A stretch of 64,000 bases of DNA from Octopus sinensis (lineage: Eukaryota), in NCBI RefSeq assembly GCF_006345805.1, contig NC_043025.1:7316001-7380000 (forward strand), in the 5' to 3' direction. Below are positions 25,874 through 38,538 of the stretch, one piece after another (within the stretch, counting starts at the first letter, position 1; every line of letters starts with the position of its first letter). A program made the translations under genes and the position numbers. The notes under the pieces are model-generated. The model did not search any database, was not told where the DNA came from, and worked only from the letters and a program-made list of their open reading frames with translations.

Positions 25874-25998
25874 CTGTAACAATGACCAGGGCCAACACGC
25901 CCTGCCCGCCCTGCTCGCTGACTTGCAGAAGCCTTCGAAGTCCAGGTCACCTTGAATATTGAAGCTCCAGTTACTTTATCACAGTACTTTGTCTTCAC
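25874..25998 (-). CDS. DHX37: DHX37 exon V17 (125 nt), motif VI
   Basis: [41 protein letters not shown]; ttacag/gttagt flanks. Confidence 0.98.
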
Positions 25999-26761
25999 CT
26001 GTAATATAAAGTGTATACATTTTACCTGTTTCAGTTATTTGACTGTGGCCATGCTGGAGCACAGCCTTGAAGGGGTTTAGTCTTGTTAGTCTTTGTAAGC
26101 CTGGTACTTATGCTATCGGTCTCTTTAGCCAGACTGCTAAGTTAAGTGGATGTAAACACACCAACAGCGGTGGCAAGAGACAAACATAGACAGAGACAAA
26201 CACACATACATTATCATCATCATCATCATTTAACATCCGCTGTCAATGCTGGAATGGATTGGATGGATTAACCAGGGCTGGTAAGCTGAGGGACTTTGCC
26301 ATACTGCAGTCTGATCTGGCATGGTTTCTAAAACTGGATGCCCTTCCTAATACCTATTTCTTTACTACCCACAAGGGGCTAAACGCAGAGAGGATGAACA
26401 AGGTCAGACAAACAGATTAAGTCGATTATATCGACCTCAGTGCATAACTGGTACTTATTCAATCGACCCTGAAAGGATGAAAGGCAAAGTCGACCTCGGC
26501 GGAATTTGAACTCAGAACGTAGCGGCAGATGAAATACCTCGAAGCATTTCGCCCGGCGTGCTAACGTTTCTGCCAGCTCGCCGCCTTCCTAATACCAACC
26601 ATACTGAGAGTGTAATGGGTGCTTCTGTGTGCCAGTTGCGTGGCACAAATATCTTCCACAACTACAATGTCACTTGACTTGAAGGGCTGCCTTCTTAAGC
26701 ACAGAATATTGCCAAAGGTCTCGGTCATTTTATCATTGCCTCTGCGAGGCCCAGTGCTCAA

Positions 26762-26846
26762 ATGATAGACAGAAAGATAGATAGACAGACAGACAGCTAG
26801 ATAGATGGATAGACAGAAAGACAGACAGATAGATAGATAGATAGAC

Positions 26847-26909
<63 letters not shown>

Positions 26910-27200
26910 CAGACAGATAGACAGACAGATAGACAAATAGACAGATCGATAGATAGACAGACAGACAGAGAAAGAGAGATAGATAGATAGCGAAAGAGAT
27001 AGATAGATAGATAGGATGGATAGACTGATAGAGAGAGATAAATATAGATATAGAAAGAGAGAGATAGCTAGATAGATATGTACATAGCCAGACAAACAGA
27101 AGGATGGATAGATAGATAGATAGATAGAAAGAAAGAGAGAGATAGGTAGATAGATAGATAGACAGACAGACAGATGAATTGATAAATAGATAGATAGACG
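26762..27200. repeat. (GATA)n/(GACA)n microsatellite
   Basis: direct reading. Confidence 0.95.
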
Positions 27201-27345
27201 ATCAGAGATGCCAGCATGAACAACGGACATTAAATGATGAGGATGATGATGACAGACAGGTGGGCAGGCAGGTATGCATGTGGGCAGACAGACAGGTGGC
27301 TAAAATGTCACTAGCGATAGTGAAAGTAAGTGAAATTGGCCTTAC

Positions 27346-27453
27346 CTTGCCAGAGTCAACAACATATTTGATGTCGGGGATGGTGATGGAGGTCTCTGCT
27401 ACGTTGGTGGATACAACACAAAGACGACAGTTCTTTGGCGGAGGCTGGAATAC
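27346..27453 (-). CDS. DHX37: DHX37 exon V16 (108 nt), motif V
   Basis: [36 protein letters not shown]; ttccag/gtaagg flanks. Confidence 0.98.
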
Positions 27454-28327
27454 CTGGAAAATAACGGCAGGTGGGGAGAATATTAGGGGACAGAGTTGGT
27501 TCGATGCAGAAACTGAAGGACACATTTTACAGGGGATAACCAGTCTGTGAACATATTCTTCCATTGTTTTATTCCTGTTACAGTCATTAGACTGTGGCCA
27601 TGCTGGGGCACTTGCCTTGTAGCCTTTTAGTTGAATGAATCAACCTGAAGATAGCGCTTTGACAGTTCCATTTCAGATGATTGTAACAACAGTGAAAAAA
27701 ATATCAACAATATCAATATCAGGCGCAGGAGTGGCTGTGTGGTAAGTAGCTTGTCTACCAACCACATGGTTCCGGGTTCAGTCCCACTGCATGGCACCTT
27801 GGGCAAGTGTCTTCTGCTATAGCCTCGGGCCGACCAAAGCCTTGTGTGTGGATTTAGTAGACGGAAACTGAAAGAAGCCTGTTGTATATATGTATATATA
27901 TATATATGTATGTGTGTGTTTGTTTGTCCCCCTAGCATTGCTTGACAACCGATGCTGGTGTGTTTACGTCCCCATCACTTAGCGGTTCGGCAAAAGAGAC
28001 CGATAGTATAAGCACTGGGCTTACAAAGAATAAGTCCCGGGGTCGATCTGCTCGACTAAAGGTGGTGCTCCAGCATGGCCGCAGTCAAATGACTGAAACA
28101 AGTAAAAGAGTGTATATATATATATACATACACATATATATATGTGAAAAGCTTATTTGAGTTTCCCTCTGCCAAATCCACTCAGAAGGCTTTGGTTGGC
28201 CCGAGGCTATAGTAGAAGACACTTGCCCAAGGTGCCACGCAGTGGGACTGAACCCAGAACCATGTGGTTGGTAAGCAAGCTACTAACCATACAGCCACTC
28301 CTGCTGCATGGATATATATATATATCT

Positions 28328-28871
28328 AAGTAAATAAATGGTACAACGAGGTACCGATATTTACTGGAAAATAGCGAACGTAATAAATACGACGCTAATG
28401 TATAGCTTCACTGCGTGTATATACAAGCAAAGACGCGTGTGTGCAACAAACATGAAAAAAAAAATGTCTTACCTCTAGGAAGAACATCTGAAAAATGGAA
28501 AACCTAGAATCGGATAATGCAGGACCGGTTTCAGACTCTTCAAAATACGTTTTGGCGTTCAGACGAGTGTACTGGCATAGATGTGGCAACATTTGAAATA
28601 TTGTCGAGGTTTATGCAGCTGATGAAGATAAATCAAATATACGTTTGGCAAACGTATTTTGAAAAATCTGAAACCGGTATTGCATTATCCGTTATCTAGG
28701 TTTTTCATTTTTCAGATGTTCTTCCTAGAGGTAAGACAAATTTTTTCATGTTTGTTGCACACACGCATCTTTACTAGTACATACGCAGTGAAGCTATACA
28801 TTAGCGTCGTATTTATTACGTTTGCTATTTTCCAGTAAATATCGGTGCTTCGTTGTGCCATATATTTACTT
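28328..28871. mobile_element. foldback MITE-like element with ~225-bp inverted arms
   Basis: 28328-~28555 is the imperfect reverse complement of ~28645-28871. Confidence 0.9.
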
Positions 28872-29036
28872 TTATGTATAATTTTACCTTCACGGGCAAT
28901 CCTTTACTGGAAAGCAATACTCTCGTATTGCATTACTATTTTCATATATATATATATATATACATACACACACACACACACACATACTTACATACCCATA
29001 CGTTGGTGATGATGATGATGATGGTGATTTACTTAC

Positions 29037-29117
29037 GCGTGCCTGCTTGTGTCCAGGTAAAAGGGAATACATTGGTAACACATACAAGGGCTCAACAGCA
29101 ACGGACCCAAGATCTGG
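29037..29117 (-). CDS. DHX37: DHX37 exon V15 (81 nt)
   Basis: PDLGSVAVEPLYVLPMYSLLPGHKQAR; ctccag/gtaagt flanks. Confidence 0.95.
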
Positions 29118-29134
29118 CTGGAGAAGAGAAAAAT

Positions 29135-29380
29135 GTAAGGAATATTAGGAGGTGGCTGCAGAGAGATGAGCAGAGGAGATTAAATGATGTGGAGGATGAG
29201 GGGAAGGCGTGTGAAGGGAAGGAGGAGGGACGAAAGAGGAAAGAAAGGATGAGAGGGAAAGGGGAAGGAAGAAGCAAAAGCAAAGGAGTAGAAGGGAGAG
29301 GTGGAAGAGGATAAAGAAGAGAAGGAGAAACAAGAAAATGTGGAGGAACGAGAGGATGTGGAGGAGGAAGGGGAAGATAA
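29135..29380. repeat. purine-rich (GGA/GA) low-complexity tract
   Basis: direct reading. Confidence 0.8.
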
Positions 29381-29970
29381 ATTAAGTACCAGTTGCAAAC
29401 TGGGGTTGATCTAATCAACTGGCCTCCTCTCCAAAATCTTCGGGCCTTGTGCCTAGAGTAGAAAAGATTATTTCTGCTCTATATAAGGTGGCAAGCTGGC
29501 AGAGTTGTTAGCACGTCAGGAAAATGCTAGACAATATTTTGTTCTGAGTTCAAATTCCACCAAGGTCGACTTTGTCTTTCATTCTTTCAAGGTTGATAAA
29601 TTAAGTACCAGTTGCATACTGGAGCCTGGTACAGCCCATCAGCCGGCCAGCCCCTGTCAAACCATCCAACCCATGCCAGCATGGAAGACAGAGAAATGAT
29701 GATGATGATGTGTCCCCCATCCCCCGCTGTCTCGACATTGTGTGACAGTCGGAAAAGATTGTCATTGTCATACAAGCAGTGTGACTCGTTACAGATTCTC
29801 TGTGAAAACATGTCTGGCCAAGGAGAAATATAACCATTCTTAGGAAGAGCTGAAGACCGGCCACGTGAAGGACATCAGGACATAGAAAACTTTGCTTCCA
29901 TAAACTTCGTCCAACTCATGTAAGCATCACAAAGAGGATGCTAAAACATTGACCGAAATTTATTTGTATA

Positions 29971-30855
29971 CTAGCAGTATCGCCCGGCATTGCTCGGGTT
30001 TGTAAGGGAAATAACTATATAAGCATTTTTAGAGATGTAAAGTATAATAGCCACCTCAATATGGCTAACCACAAAGTGGGGGGGGTGTTACTGTAGCTTT
30101 TTATGTTCTGAGATTTAATAATAATTTTTTAGAGAGTTACTTCCCTTATATAATAGCAAAAAAATGCATTAAAAATGGGAAAAATTGATGGTAAATTTTT
30201 TTTTAAATCATAGACTCAAAGCTCGATATGAATCACGACTATAAGATACCCGGTTTTGGTTAAACTGCACCGCAAAATGTGGGAGTAGTTAGGAATCTAA
30301 ATCGTAGGAGACAGACACACAACTTCACTTTTATATATAAAGACTAGCAGTATCGCCCGGCGTTGCTCGGGTTTGTAAGGGAAATAACTATATAAGCATT
30401 TTTAGAGAGTTACTTCCTTTATAGATGCCAATTCGGGCTTTCTTAGCCATTTCTGTTTTGGTGTCTTCAAGCCATGAAGTCGTTGTTCTAAAAGAACGCT
30501 GGTCTCCTTGACAACGCTTTACGACGTTGATTTCTTTACACTCCCTTCCCCACAGCTTCACGAGGGAGGGAAGAAGGGGGAGAAGCAAACAGGTGCAGGT
30601 GTGACCATGGACGCCAACTCCGCCGCCATCGACACACGAAAAATTATGCATTAAAATGGAATAAAAAATGATGTTAAATTATTTTTTAAATCGTAGACTC
30701 ATCGTAGACGCGCGCTAATAGTCAGACGGGCTCGATATGAATTACGACTATAAGATACCCGAATTTGGTTAAACTGCACCGCAAAATGTGGGAGTAGTTA
30801 GGAATCTAAATCGTAGGAGACAGACAGCACACAACCTCTCTTTTATATATAAAGA
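29971..30855 (-). mobile_element. head-to-tail dimer of non-autonomous Helitrons (29971-30343 and 30344-30855)
   Basis: each copy reads TCTTTATATATAAAA...CCCGAGCAA[C/T]GCCGGGCGATACTGCTAG on the minus strand; junction CTAG|TC; outer target A|T. Confidence 0.85.
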
Positions 30856-31004
30856 TTAGCACATAATGTGAAAACATGGAGACACAAAACACAAACACAC
30901 ATATTTATAACTGAACAAATATTGGCCCAGTACCCTCTAAACATTCAGCCACATAACCTCTCCACGATTAAGGTGAAAACAAAACAAAATAATACAAAAG
31001 GTAC

Positions 31005-31128
31005 CTCAGTCGATATATCAGCCATCACATCGTCGTCATCAACTTCTGCAAAGCCATCAGAGAGATCGACATCCCCTTCATTATCTTCCACTAATCCAAC
31101 CTCTTTCTTCTCCGGATAAATGGAATAA
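31005..31128 (-). CDS. DHX37: DHX37 exon V14 (124 nt)
   Basis: YSIYPEKKEVGLVEDNEGDVDLSDGFAEVDDDDVMADISTE; 'YS..P' plus acidic insertion; tttag acceptor and weak gtacct donor. Confidence 0.85.
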
Positions 31129-32433
31129 CTAAACAAAGAAAGCAGAAAAATAAAAGATTACTTGCACGAGTCGGGAAGGGAGATAACAATAAGGCAAAAA
31201 GTTACATACAAGTTGACAGGGGAGGTAACAAGATATAAGTTCAAATAACTGAAACCTAAATTTCTAAATATTTTCTTAAAGCTAAGTGATCTCTCTTCCC
31301 AACTGTTCCCTCACGCTCGTATATAACGTGAGTTTGCTAGATACCTGTTCTAGTCCCTTGATCATACTATAAACCTCTCATCACCTGTCATAAAGCTACA
31401 TCCTGCAGTATTACAACCCCACTCAGTCGAGATGGATTTTTCTTTTCATAACATATAACTGCCAAGTAAGTGTGGCATCCTATAAAGGACAGTGCTACTG
31501 ACATTTATAGCCCCAGGAAGACATCAGCAGAATTTGAACTCAGAATGTAAAGACAGACAAAATACCTATTTCTTTACTACCCACAAGGGGCTAAACACAG
31601 AGAGGACAAACAAGGACAGACAAACGGATTAAGACGATTACATCGACCCCAGTGCGTAACTGGTACTTATTTAATCGACCCCGAAAGGATGAAAGGCAAA
31701 GTCGACCTCGGCGGAATTTGAACTCAGAACGTAACGGCAGACGAAATACGGCTACGCATTTCGCCCAGCGTGCTAACGTTTCTGCCAGCTCGGAATTTGA
31801 ACTCAGAATGTAACGGCAGACAAAATACCGGTAAGTATTTCGCCCGGTGTGCAAACATTTCTGCCAGCTTGCTGTCTCACCATTATCAATATAATGAAGT
31901 AACAGTGACTAACCCTCCTTCCTCCTTCATATCTTTCCCTTCTCCCTTCATGCCCTCCCCTTCCTCTTCCTAACCCTCCTTCCTCCCCTTCCTCTTGGTC
32001 CTCCACTCATATTCAGTGTCCAATGAGTATTTACAAGAGATGTCATTGCCCCCATCTAAGAATCGAGTTTCTGGATCACTACCCGTCCTCAGCGTGTGTT
32101 AATCACAGGCTAGTCATGAAAACCCATTCCACTCGAAAAATACTATATGCTTTTCCAGCAACAAACTGTCGCTAATCTCAAAAGAGGAGAAATAAACTAT
32201 ATTAAATCTCAGAGCGAGATGTAAGCAGTAGCAATACGGAATCATAACATATATTTGCCAAGGGCGCTGGAGTGGCTGTGTGGTAAGTAGCTTGCTTACC
32301 AACCACATGGTTCTGTGTTCAGTCCCACTGCGTGGCATCTTGGGCAAGTGTCTTCTACTATAGCCTCGGGCCGACCAATGCCTTGTGAGTGGATTTGGTA
32401 GACGGAAACTGAAACAAGCCTGTCGTATATATG

Positions 32434-32464
<31 letters not shown>

Positions 32465-32896
32465 CTGTGTTTGTGTGTCTGTGTCTGTTCCCTAGCGTTG
32501 CTTGACAACCGATGCTGGTGTGTTTACGTCCCCGTTACTTAGCGGTTCGGCAAAAGAGACCGATAGAATAAGTACTGGGCTTACAAAAGAATAAGTCCCG
32601 GGGTCGAGTTGTTCGATTAAAGGCGGTGCTCCAGCATGGCCGCAGTCAAATGACTGAAACAAGTAAAAGAGTAAAGAGTAACCAAGTGTGTCGTCCTATA
32701 CAGGACAGTGCTACTGACGTTTATAGCCCCAGGAAGACATCTCTTCCAGCTGGCTAATGACAAACATTCTGTGGAAGAGATGAAAAGCAAAGTCGACCAC
32801 AGCAGAATTTGAACTCAGAATGTAAAGACAGACGAAATACCGGTAAGTATTTCGCCCGGTGTGCTAACATTTCTGCCAGCTTGCTGTCTCACCATT

Positions 32897-33282
32897 TGGA
32901 AGCACTCCGTCGGTTACGACAACGAGGGTTCTGGTTGATCCGATCAACGGAACAGCCTGCTCGTGAAATTAACGTGTAAGTGGCTGAGCACTCCACAGAC
33001 ACGTGTACCCTTAACATAGTTCTCGGGGATATTCAGCGTGACACAGAGACCGACAAGGCCGGCCCTTTGAAATACAGGTACAACAGAAACAGGAAGTAAG
33101 AGTGAGAGAAAGTTGTGGTGAAAGAGTACAGCAGGAATCACCACCATTCCCTGCCGGAGCCTCGTGGAGCTTTTAGGTGTTTTCGCTCAATAAACACTCA
33201 CAACGCCCGGTCTGGGAATCGAAACCGCGATCCTACGACCGCGAGTCCGCTGCCCTAACTACTGGGCCATTGCGCCTCCACA
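32897..33282 (-). mobile_element. tRNA-head SINE family D with 10-bp TSD
   Basis: head gtggaggcgcaatggcccagtagttagggcagcggactc...gtttcgattccc; TSD TCTCACCATT at 32887-32896 and 33283-33292; second copy at about 54122-54420(+). Confidence 0.88.
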
Positions 33283-33397
33283 TCTCACCATTATCAATAT
33301 AATGAAGTAACAGTGATTAAAGTAGCTAGAATTAGAGCAAAAGACAATCCAAAAGTGGCGAACCTGCAGGAAATAAAGAAACTCTTGAACAACTCAC

Positions 33398-33482
33398 TTG
33401 TTTAAACTAATGTCTGGAAGCTTCTCATCCTTTGAGTTCTTCTGTTTTTTTCGTTGAAGGAATTTTGGTTTTAAGGGTTTTT
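33398..33482 (-). CDS. DHX37: DHX37 exon V13 (85 nt)
   Basis: KPLKPKFLQRKKQKNSKDEKLPDISLN, matching the 'LP.I.L' motif of the DHX37 RecA2 insertion; tttag/gtgagt flanks; phase 1 in, phase 2 out. Confidence 0.88.
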
Positions 33483-33940
33483 CTAAAAAAAACAAAAAAA
33501 CATCAATCGATAAAATAAAGTAAAAGAAACAAATGGATGGTAGAATCAGTAGAGCATCAGACAAAACTCAATGTGGTAGGTCACTTTTAGGATTGGATAC
33601 TACACAGGACCCTGTTCTGAAGACAATGAAATAAAAATAGGGACCAGAAACAATGACAGGTAACTTAGGATAAGGTGTTTCTTTCTTTTATCCTTCTTTT
33701 ATACTTGTTTCAGTCATTTGACTGCGGCCATGCTGGAGCACCGCCTTTAGTCGAACAAATCGACCCCGGGACTTATTCCTTGCAAGCCCAGTACTTATTC
33801 TATCGGTCTCTTTTGCCGGACCGCTAAGTGACGGGGACATAAACACACCAGCATCGGTTGTCAAGCAATGCTAGGGAGACAAACACAAACACACATATAT
33901 ATATATATGTGTGTATATATATATATATTATATATATATA

Positions 33941-33973
<33 letters not shown>

Positions 33974-34694
33974 CATACATACATACATATACATATATAC
34001 GACAGGCTTCTTTCAGTTTCCGTCTACCAAATCCACTCACAAGGCATTGGTCGGCCCGAGGCTATAGTAGAAGACACTTGCCCAAGACGCCACGCAGTGG
34101 GACTGAACCCGGAACCATGTGGTTGGTTAGCAAGCTACTTACCACACAGCCACTCCTGCGTCTGTGCTAATTATATAGTCTTTATTTTTTCACTTGTTTC
34201 AGTCATTTGACTGCGGCCATACTGGAGCACTGCTTTGAAGGGTTTTAGTCAAACAAACCGAACCTAGGACTTGGTTTTTGGAGCTTAGTATTTATTCTAT
34301 AAATCTCTTTTTGCTGAACTGCAAAGTTACCGCGAGGGAGGGGGGGGGGATAAACACTGGTTGTCGAGTGGTGATGGGGACAAACACCAGCATAACTGTG
34401 ACACCCAAGGCTATCACATAATGTCATGGCGATGGGACAGTGTCACACACACACACATGCACCGCCTTACTGGCACTTGTGCCCGTGCTTGTAGGGTGCC
34501 AAGAGCACCATCCGGGCGTGATCGTTGCCAGAGCACCCAACTGCCTTCCATGCTGGTGGCATGTAAAAGGGCACCATTCAAGCGTGATCGTTACCAACAT
34601 CGCCGTACTGGCACCTGTGCTGGTGGCATGTGTAAAAACATTCAAGCGAGGTCGTTGCCAGTTCTGGCTGACTGGCCCCCGTGCTAGTGGCACG

Positions 34695-35180
34695 TGAAAT
34701 GATGAAAGGCAAAGTCGACTTCGGCGGAATTTGAACTTAGAATGTAAAGACAGACAAAATACCTATTTCTTTACTACCCGCAAGGGGTTAAACATAGAGG
34801 GTACAAACAAGGACAGACAAACGGATTAAGTCGATTACATCGACCCCAGCGCGTAACTGGTACTTAATTTATCGACCCCCGGAATGATGAAACGCAAAAT
34901 CGACTTTGGCGGAATTTGAACTTAGAATGTAAAGACAGATGAAATACCTATTTCTTTACTACCCACAAGGGGCTAAACATAGAGGGTACAAACAAGGACA
35001 AATGGATTAAGTCGATTACATTGACCCCAGCGTGTAACTGGTACTTAATTTATCAACCCCCGGAATGATGAAAGGCAAAGTCGACCTTGGCGGAATTAGA
35101 ACTCAGAACACAGCGGCGGACGAAAGATCCCTAAGCAGTTCGCCCGGCGTGCTAACATTTCTGCCAGCTTGCCGCCTGAG
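34695..35180 (-). mobile_element. SINE family B multimer (ggcggcgagctggcagaaacgttagc head; ...gtaaagaaatagg tail)
   Basis: ~170-bp body repeated in tandem; similar multimers at about 31560-31800, 39640-39992, 45120-45665 and 62270-62843. Confidence 0.8.
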
Positions 35181-35514
35181 CACACACATGGACCCTTAAT
35201 GTAGTTCTCAGGGAGATTCAGCGTGACACTGAGCGTAACAAGGCCGGCCCTTTAAATTACAGCAACAACCCATCTTTACCAGCTGAGTGGACCGGAGCAA
35301 TGTTTTCAAACTCCAGCACTCAACTGGTACTTATTTTATCAACTCTGAAAGAATAAAAGGCTAAGTCCACCTTGGCAGAATTTGAACTCAGAATGTAAGG
35401 AAGGATGAGATTCCACCAAGCATTTTGCCCGTTATGCTAACGATTCTGCCCCTGTGCTGCCCTGACCTTTTAAATATTAAAATTTAAAAACCATTGCTGA
35501 AAGAGGGATCTTAC

Positions 35515-35638
35515 CAGTTTTACCAGAATTGTAGGGAAAACGGTGCTTCAAATAATGGCAGAGAGTTCGTACTTCCTGTTGGCTGGTGACGAATATTAAA
35601 ATGCCTCCTTCCGGCAGTTCAAGATGAATTTTACAAGC
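35515..35638 (-). CDS. DHX37: DHX37 exon V12 (124 nt), motif IV
   Basis: ACKIHLELPEGGILIFVTSQQEVRTLCHYLKHRFPYNSGKT; ttcaag/gtaaga flanks; a second in-phase donor lies 9 nt upstream. Confidence 0.95.
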
Positions 35639-35947
35639 CTTGAAAAATAGAAATTGAAGAAAAATTCAAATCATGATGAAAGTAAATAAACAAAGTTTGC
35701 TTTTAGAAGCAGTGAGGTATATTGAAAGATACAGATAAAGAAATAATTTATTCTCAAGCACCGAATAAGTTGTGTGTGTGAGGCTCTGTCTCCTCCTGCT
35801 TTGTAAATTGAATAGACTTTGAGGTCTGCACCTGAAGATTACTTAGCGATACAAGGTATGTTATGAAAACCTGCCTAGGCTAGTGTCCCCAATGCATGAA
35901 ACTATTAGTACCTTATATCTTTATACTGTGTACCTTATATGATATAT

Positions 35948-35979
<32 letters not shown>

Positions 35980-36284
35980 CTAAAGTTAATCCAAACACGA
36001 AAACACAACAACGCGAGGACGTGGAACAAATATAGTATTATTGGACGCTCAGGAAGGAAGGGAAGAAGGAGGGTTTAACGTTTCGAGCGGAGCTCTTCGT
36101 CAGAAACATAGGAAAAGGAAAGATCCAGAGAAGGGAAGACGGAGGAAAAAAAATCGCCAAAGGTACACACGAGGTCACATTTTGAAAATATATATATATA
36201 CACACACACATGTGCGCACACATACACATATATACACACATACATTTTCAGACACAGATACCAATGATAAAGTCAATAACTCAC

Positions 36285-36368
36285 CTTACGGTAAACATCA
36301 ACAAGGTAGTTATCTACAGGAGTATGTTTGTTGAAGTGAATCGTCACAGGAAACTGTCGAGAATCTAT
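36285..36368 (-). CDS. DHX37: DHX37 exon V11 (84 nt)
   Basis: IDSRQFPVTIHFNKHTPVDNYLVDVYRK; tttcag/gtgagt flanks. Confidence 0.97.
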
Positions 36369-36494
36369 CTGAAAGGAAGAAAGTGGAAGAATATTGCAAA
36401 GGATCCGAGAATTATAACAGAAGATAGAAGGACAAGCTAAACCCTTTCACGTTCAGATTAATCTACCAAATGAAATGGTTATGCATTCACATTG

Positions 36495-38538
36495 CTTTGA
36501 ATTAATCATGCATTATCTCATAGCTTTGAGATTTCAATGATGTGATTGTTTATTTTTAGGATGACCTTGTAGGGTAGGTGTGAGAGGCTGGATCTGGCCT
36601 TGTTTTGAATTAATCATGCATTATCTCATAGCTTTGAGATTTCAATGATGTGATTGTTTATTTTTAGAATGACATTGTAGGGTAGGTGTGAGAGGCTGGA
36701 TCTGGCCTTGTTTTGAATTAATCATGCATTATCTCATAGCTTTGAGATTTCAATGATGTGATTGTTTATTTTTAGGATGACCTTGTAGGGTAGGTGTGAG
36801 AGGCTGGATCTGGCCTTGTTTTGAATTAATCATGCATTATCTCATAGCTTTGAGATTTCAATGATGTGATTGTTTATTTTCAGAATGACATTGTAGGGCA
36901 GGTGTGAGAGGCTGGATCTGGCCTTGTTTTGAATTAATCATGCATTATCTCATAGCTTTGAGATTTCAATGATGTGATTGTTTATTTTTAGAATGACATT
37001 GTAGGGTAGGTGTGAGAGGCTGGATCTGGCCTTGTTTTGAATTAATCATGCATTATCTCATAGCTTTGAGATTTCAATGATGTGATTGTTTATTTTTAGG
37101 ATGACCTTGTAGGGTAGGTGTGAGAGGCTGGATCTGGCCTTGTTTTGAATTAATCATGCATTATCTCATAGCTTTGAGATTTCAATGATGTGATTGTTTA
37201 TTTTTAGGACGACCTTGTAGGGTAGGTGTGAGAGGCTGGATCTGGCCTTGTTTTGAATTAATCATGCATTATCTCATAGCTTTGAGATTTCAATGATGTG
37301 ATTGTTTATTTTTAGAATGACATTGTAGGGTAGGTGTGAGAGGCTGATCTGGCCTTGTTTTGAATAATCATGCATTATCTCATAGCTTTGAGATTCAATG
37401 ATGTGATTGTTTATTTTTAGGATGACCTTGTAGGGTAGGTGTGAGAGGCTGGATCTGGCCTTGTTTTGAATTAATCATGCATTATCTCATAGCTTTGAGA
37501 TTTCAATGATGTGATTGTTTATTTTTAGGATGACCTTGTAGGGTAGGTGTGAGAGGCTGGATCTGGCCTTGTTTTGAATTAATCATGCATTATCTCATAG
37601 CTTTGAGATTTCAATGATGTGATTGTTTATTTTAAGAATGACATTGTAGGGTAGGTGTGAGAGGCTGGATCTGGCCTTGTTTTGAATTAATCATGCATTA
37701 TCTCATAGCTTTGAGATTTCAATGATGTGATTGTTTTTTTTTAGAATGACATTGTAGGCAGGTGTGAGAGGCTGGATCTGGCCTTGTTTTGAATTAATCA
37801 TGCATTATCTCATAGCTTTGAGATTTCAATGATGTGATTGTTTATTTTAAGAATGACATTGTAGGGTAGGTGTGAGAGGCTGGATCTGGCCTTGTTTTGA
37901 ATTAATCATGCATTATCTCATAGCTTTGAGATTTCAATGATGTGATTGTTTATTTTTAGAATGACATTGTAGGGCAGGTGTGAGAGGCTGGATCTGGCCT
38001 TGTTTTGAATTAATCATGCATTATCTCATAGCTTTGAGATTTCAATGATGTGATTGTTTATTTTCAGAATGACATTGTAGGGTAGGTGTGAGAGGCTGGA
38101 TCTGGCCTTGTTTTGAATTAATCCTGCATTATCTCATAGCTTGGGGATTTCAATGATGTGATTGTTTATTTTCAGAATGACATTGTAGGGCAGGTGTGAG
38201 AGGCTGGATCTGGCCTTGTTTGGAATTAATCATGCATTATCTCATAGCTTTGAGATATCAATGATGTGATTGTTTATTTTTAGAATGACATTGTAGGGTA
38301 GGTGTGAGAGGCTGGATCTGGCCTTGTTTTGAATTAATCCTGCATTATCTCATAGCTTTGAGATTTCAATGATGTGATTGTTTATTTTCAGAATGACATT
38401 GTAGGGCAGGTGTGAGAGGCTGGGTCTGGCCTTGTTTTGAATTAATCATGCATTATCTCATAGCTTTGAGATTTCAATGATGTGATTGTTTATTTTCAGA
38501 ATGACATTGTAGGGCAGGTGTGAGAGGCTGGATCTGGC
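36495..38538. repeat. 108-bp tandem array (~19 copies) expanded inside a single P2 MITE
   Basis: unit ttttgaattaatcatgcattatctc...gaggctggatctggccttg; period 108 (36603 to 36711); MITE ends at about 36439 and 38605. Confidence 0.95.

Noticed and set aside
25981-25986. Y-C-D instead of Y-Y-D in V17 as an editing site
   Set aside because: The genome already has G (TGT), and A-to-I editing cannot restore Tyr; this is an ordinary substitution.
31200-31460. intronic C/D snoRNA (GTGATGA on the gene strand)
   Set aside because: There is no D box (CTGA) at a suitable distance and no terminal stem.
33205-33282. tRNA genes (also 4464-4540, 4895-4965, 54122-54195)
   Set aside because: A and B boxes are present, but each runs into a multi-copy SINE body with a tail or TSD and there is no complete cloverleaf.
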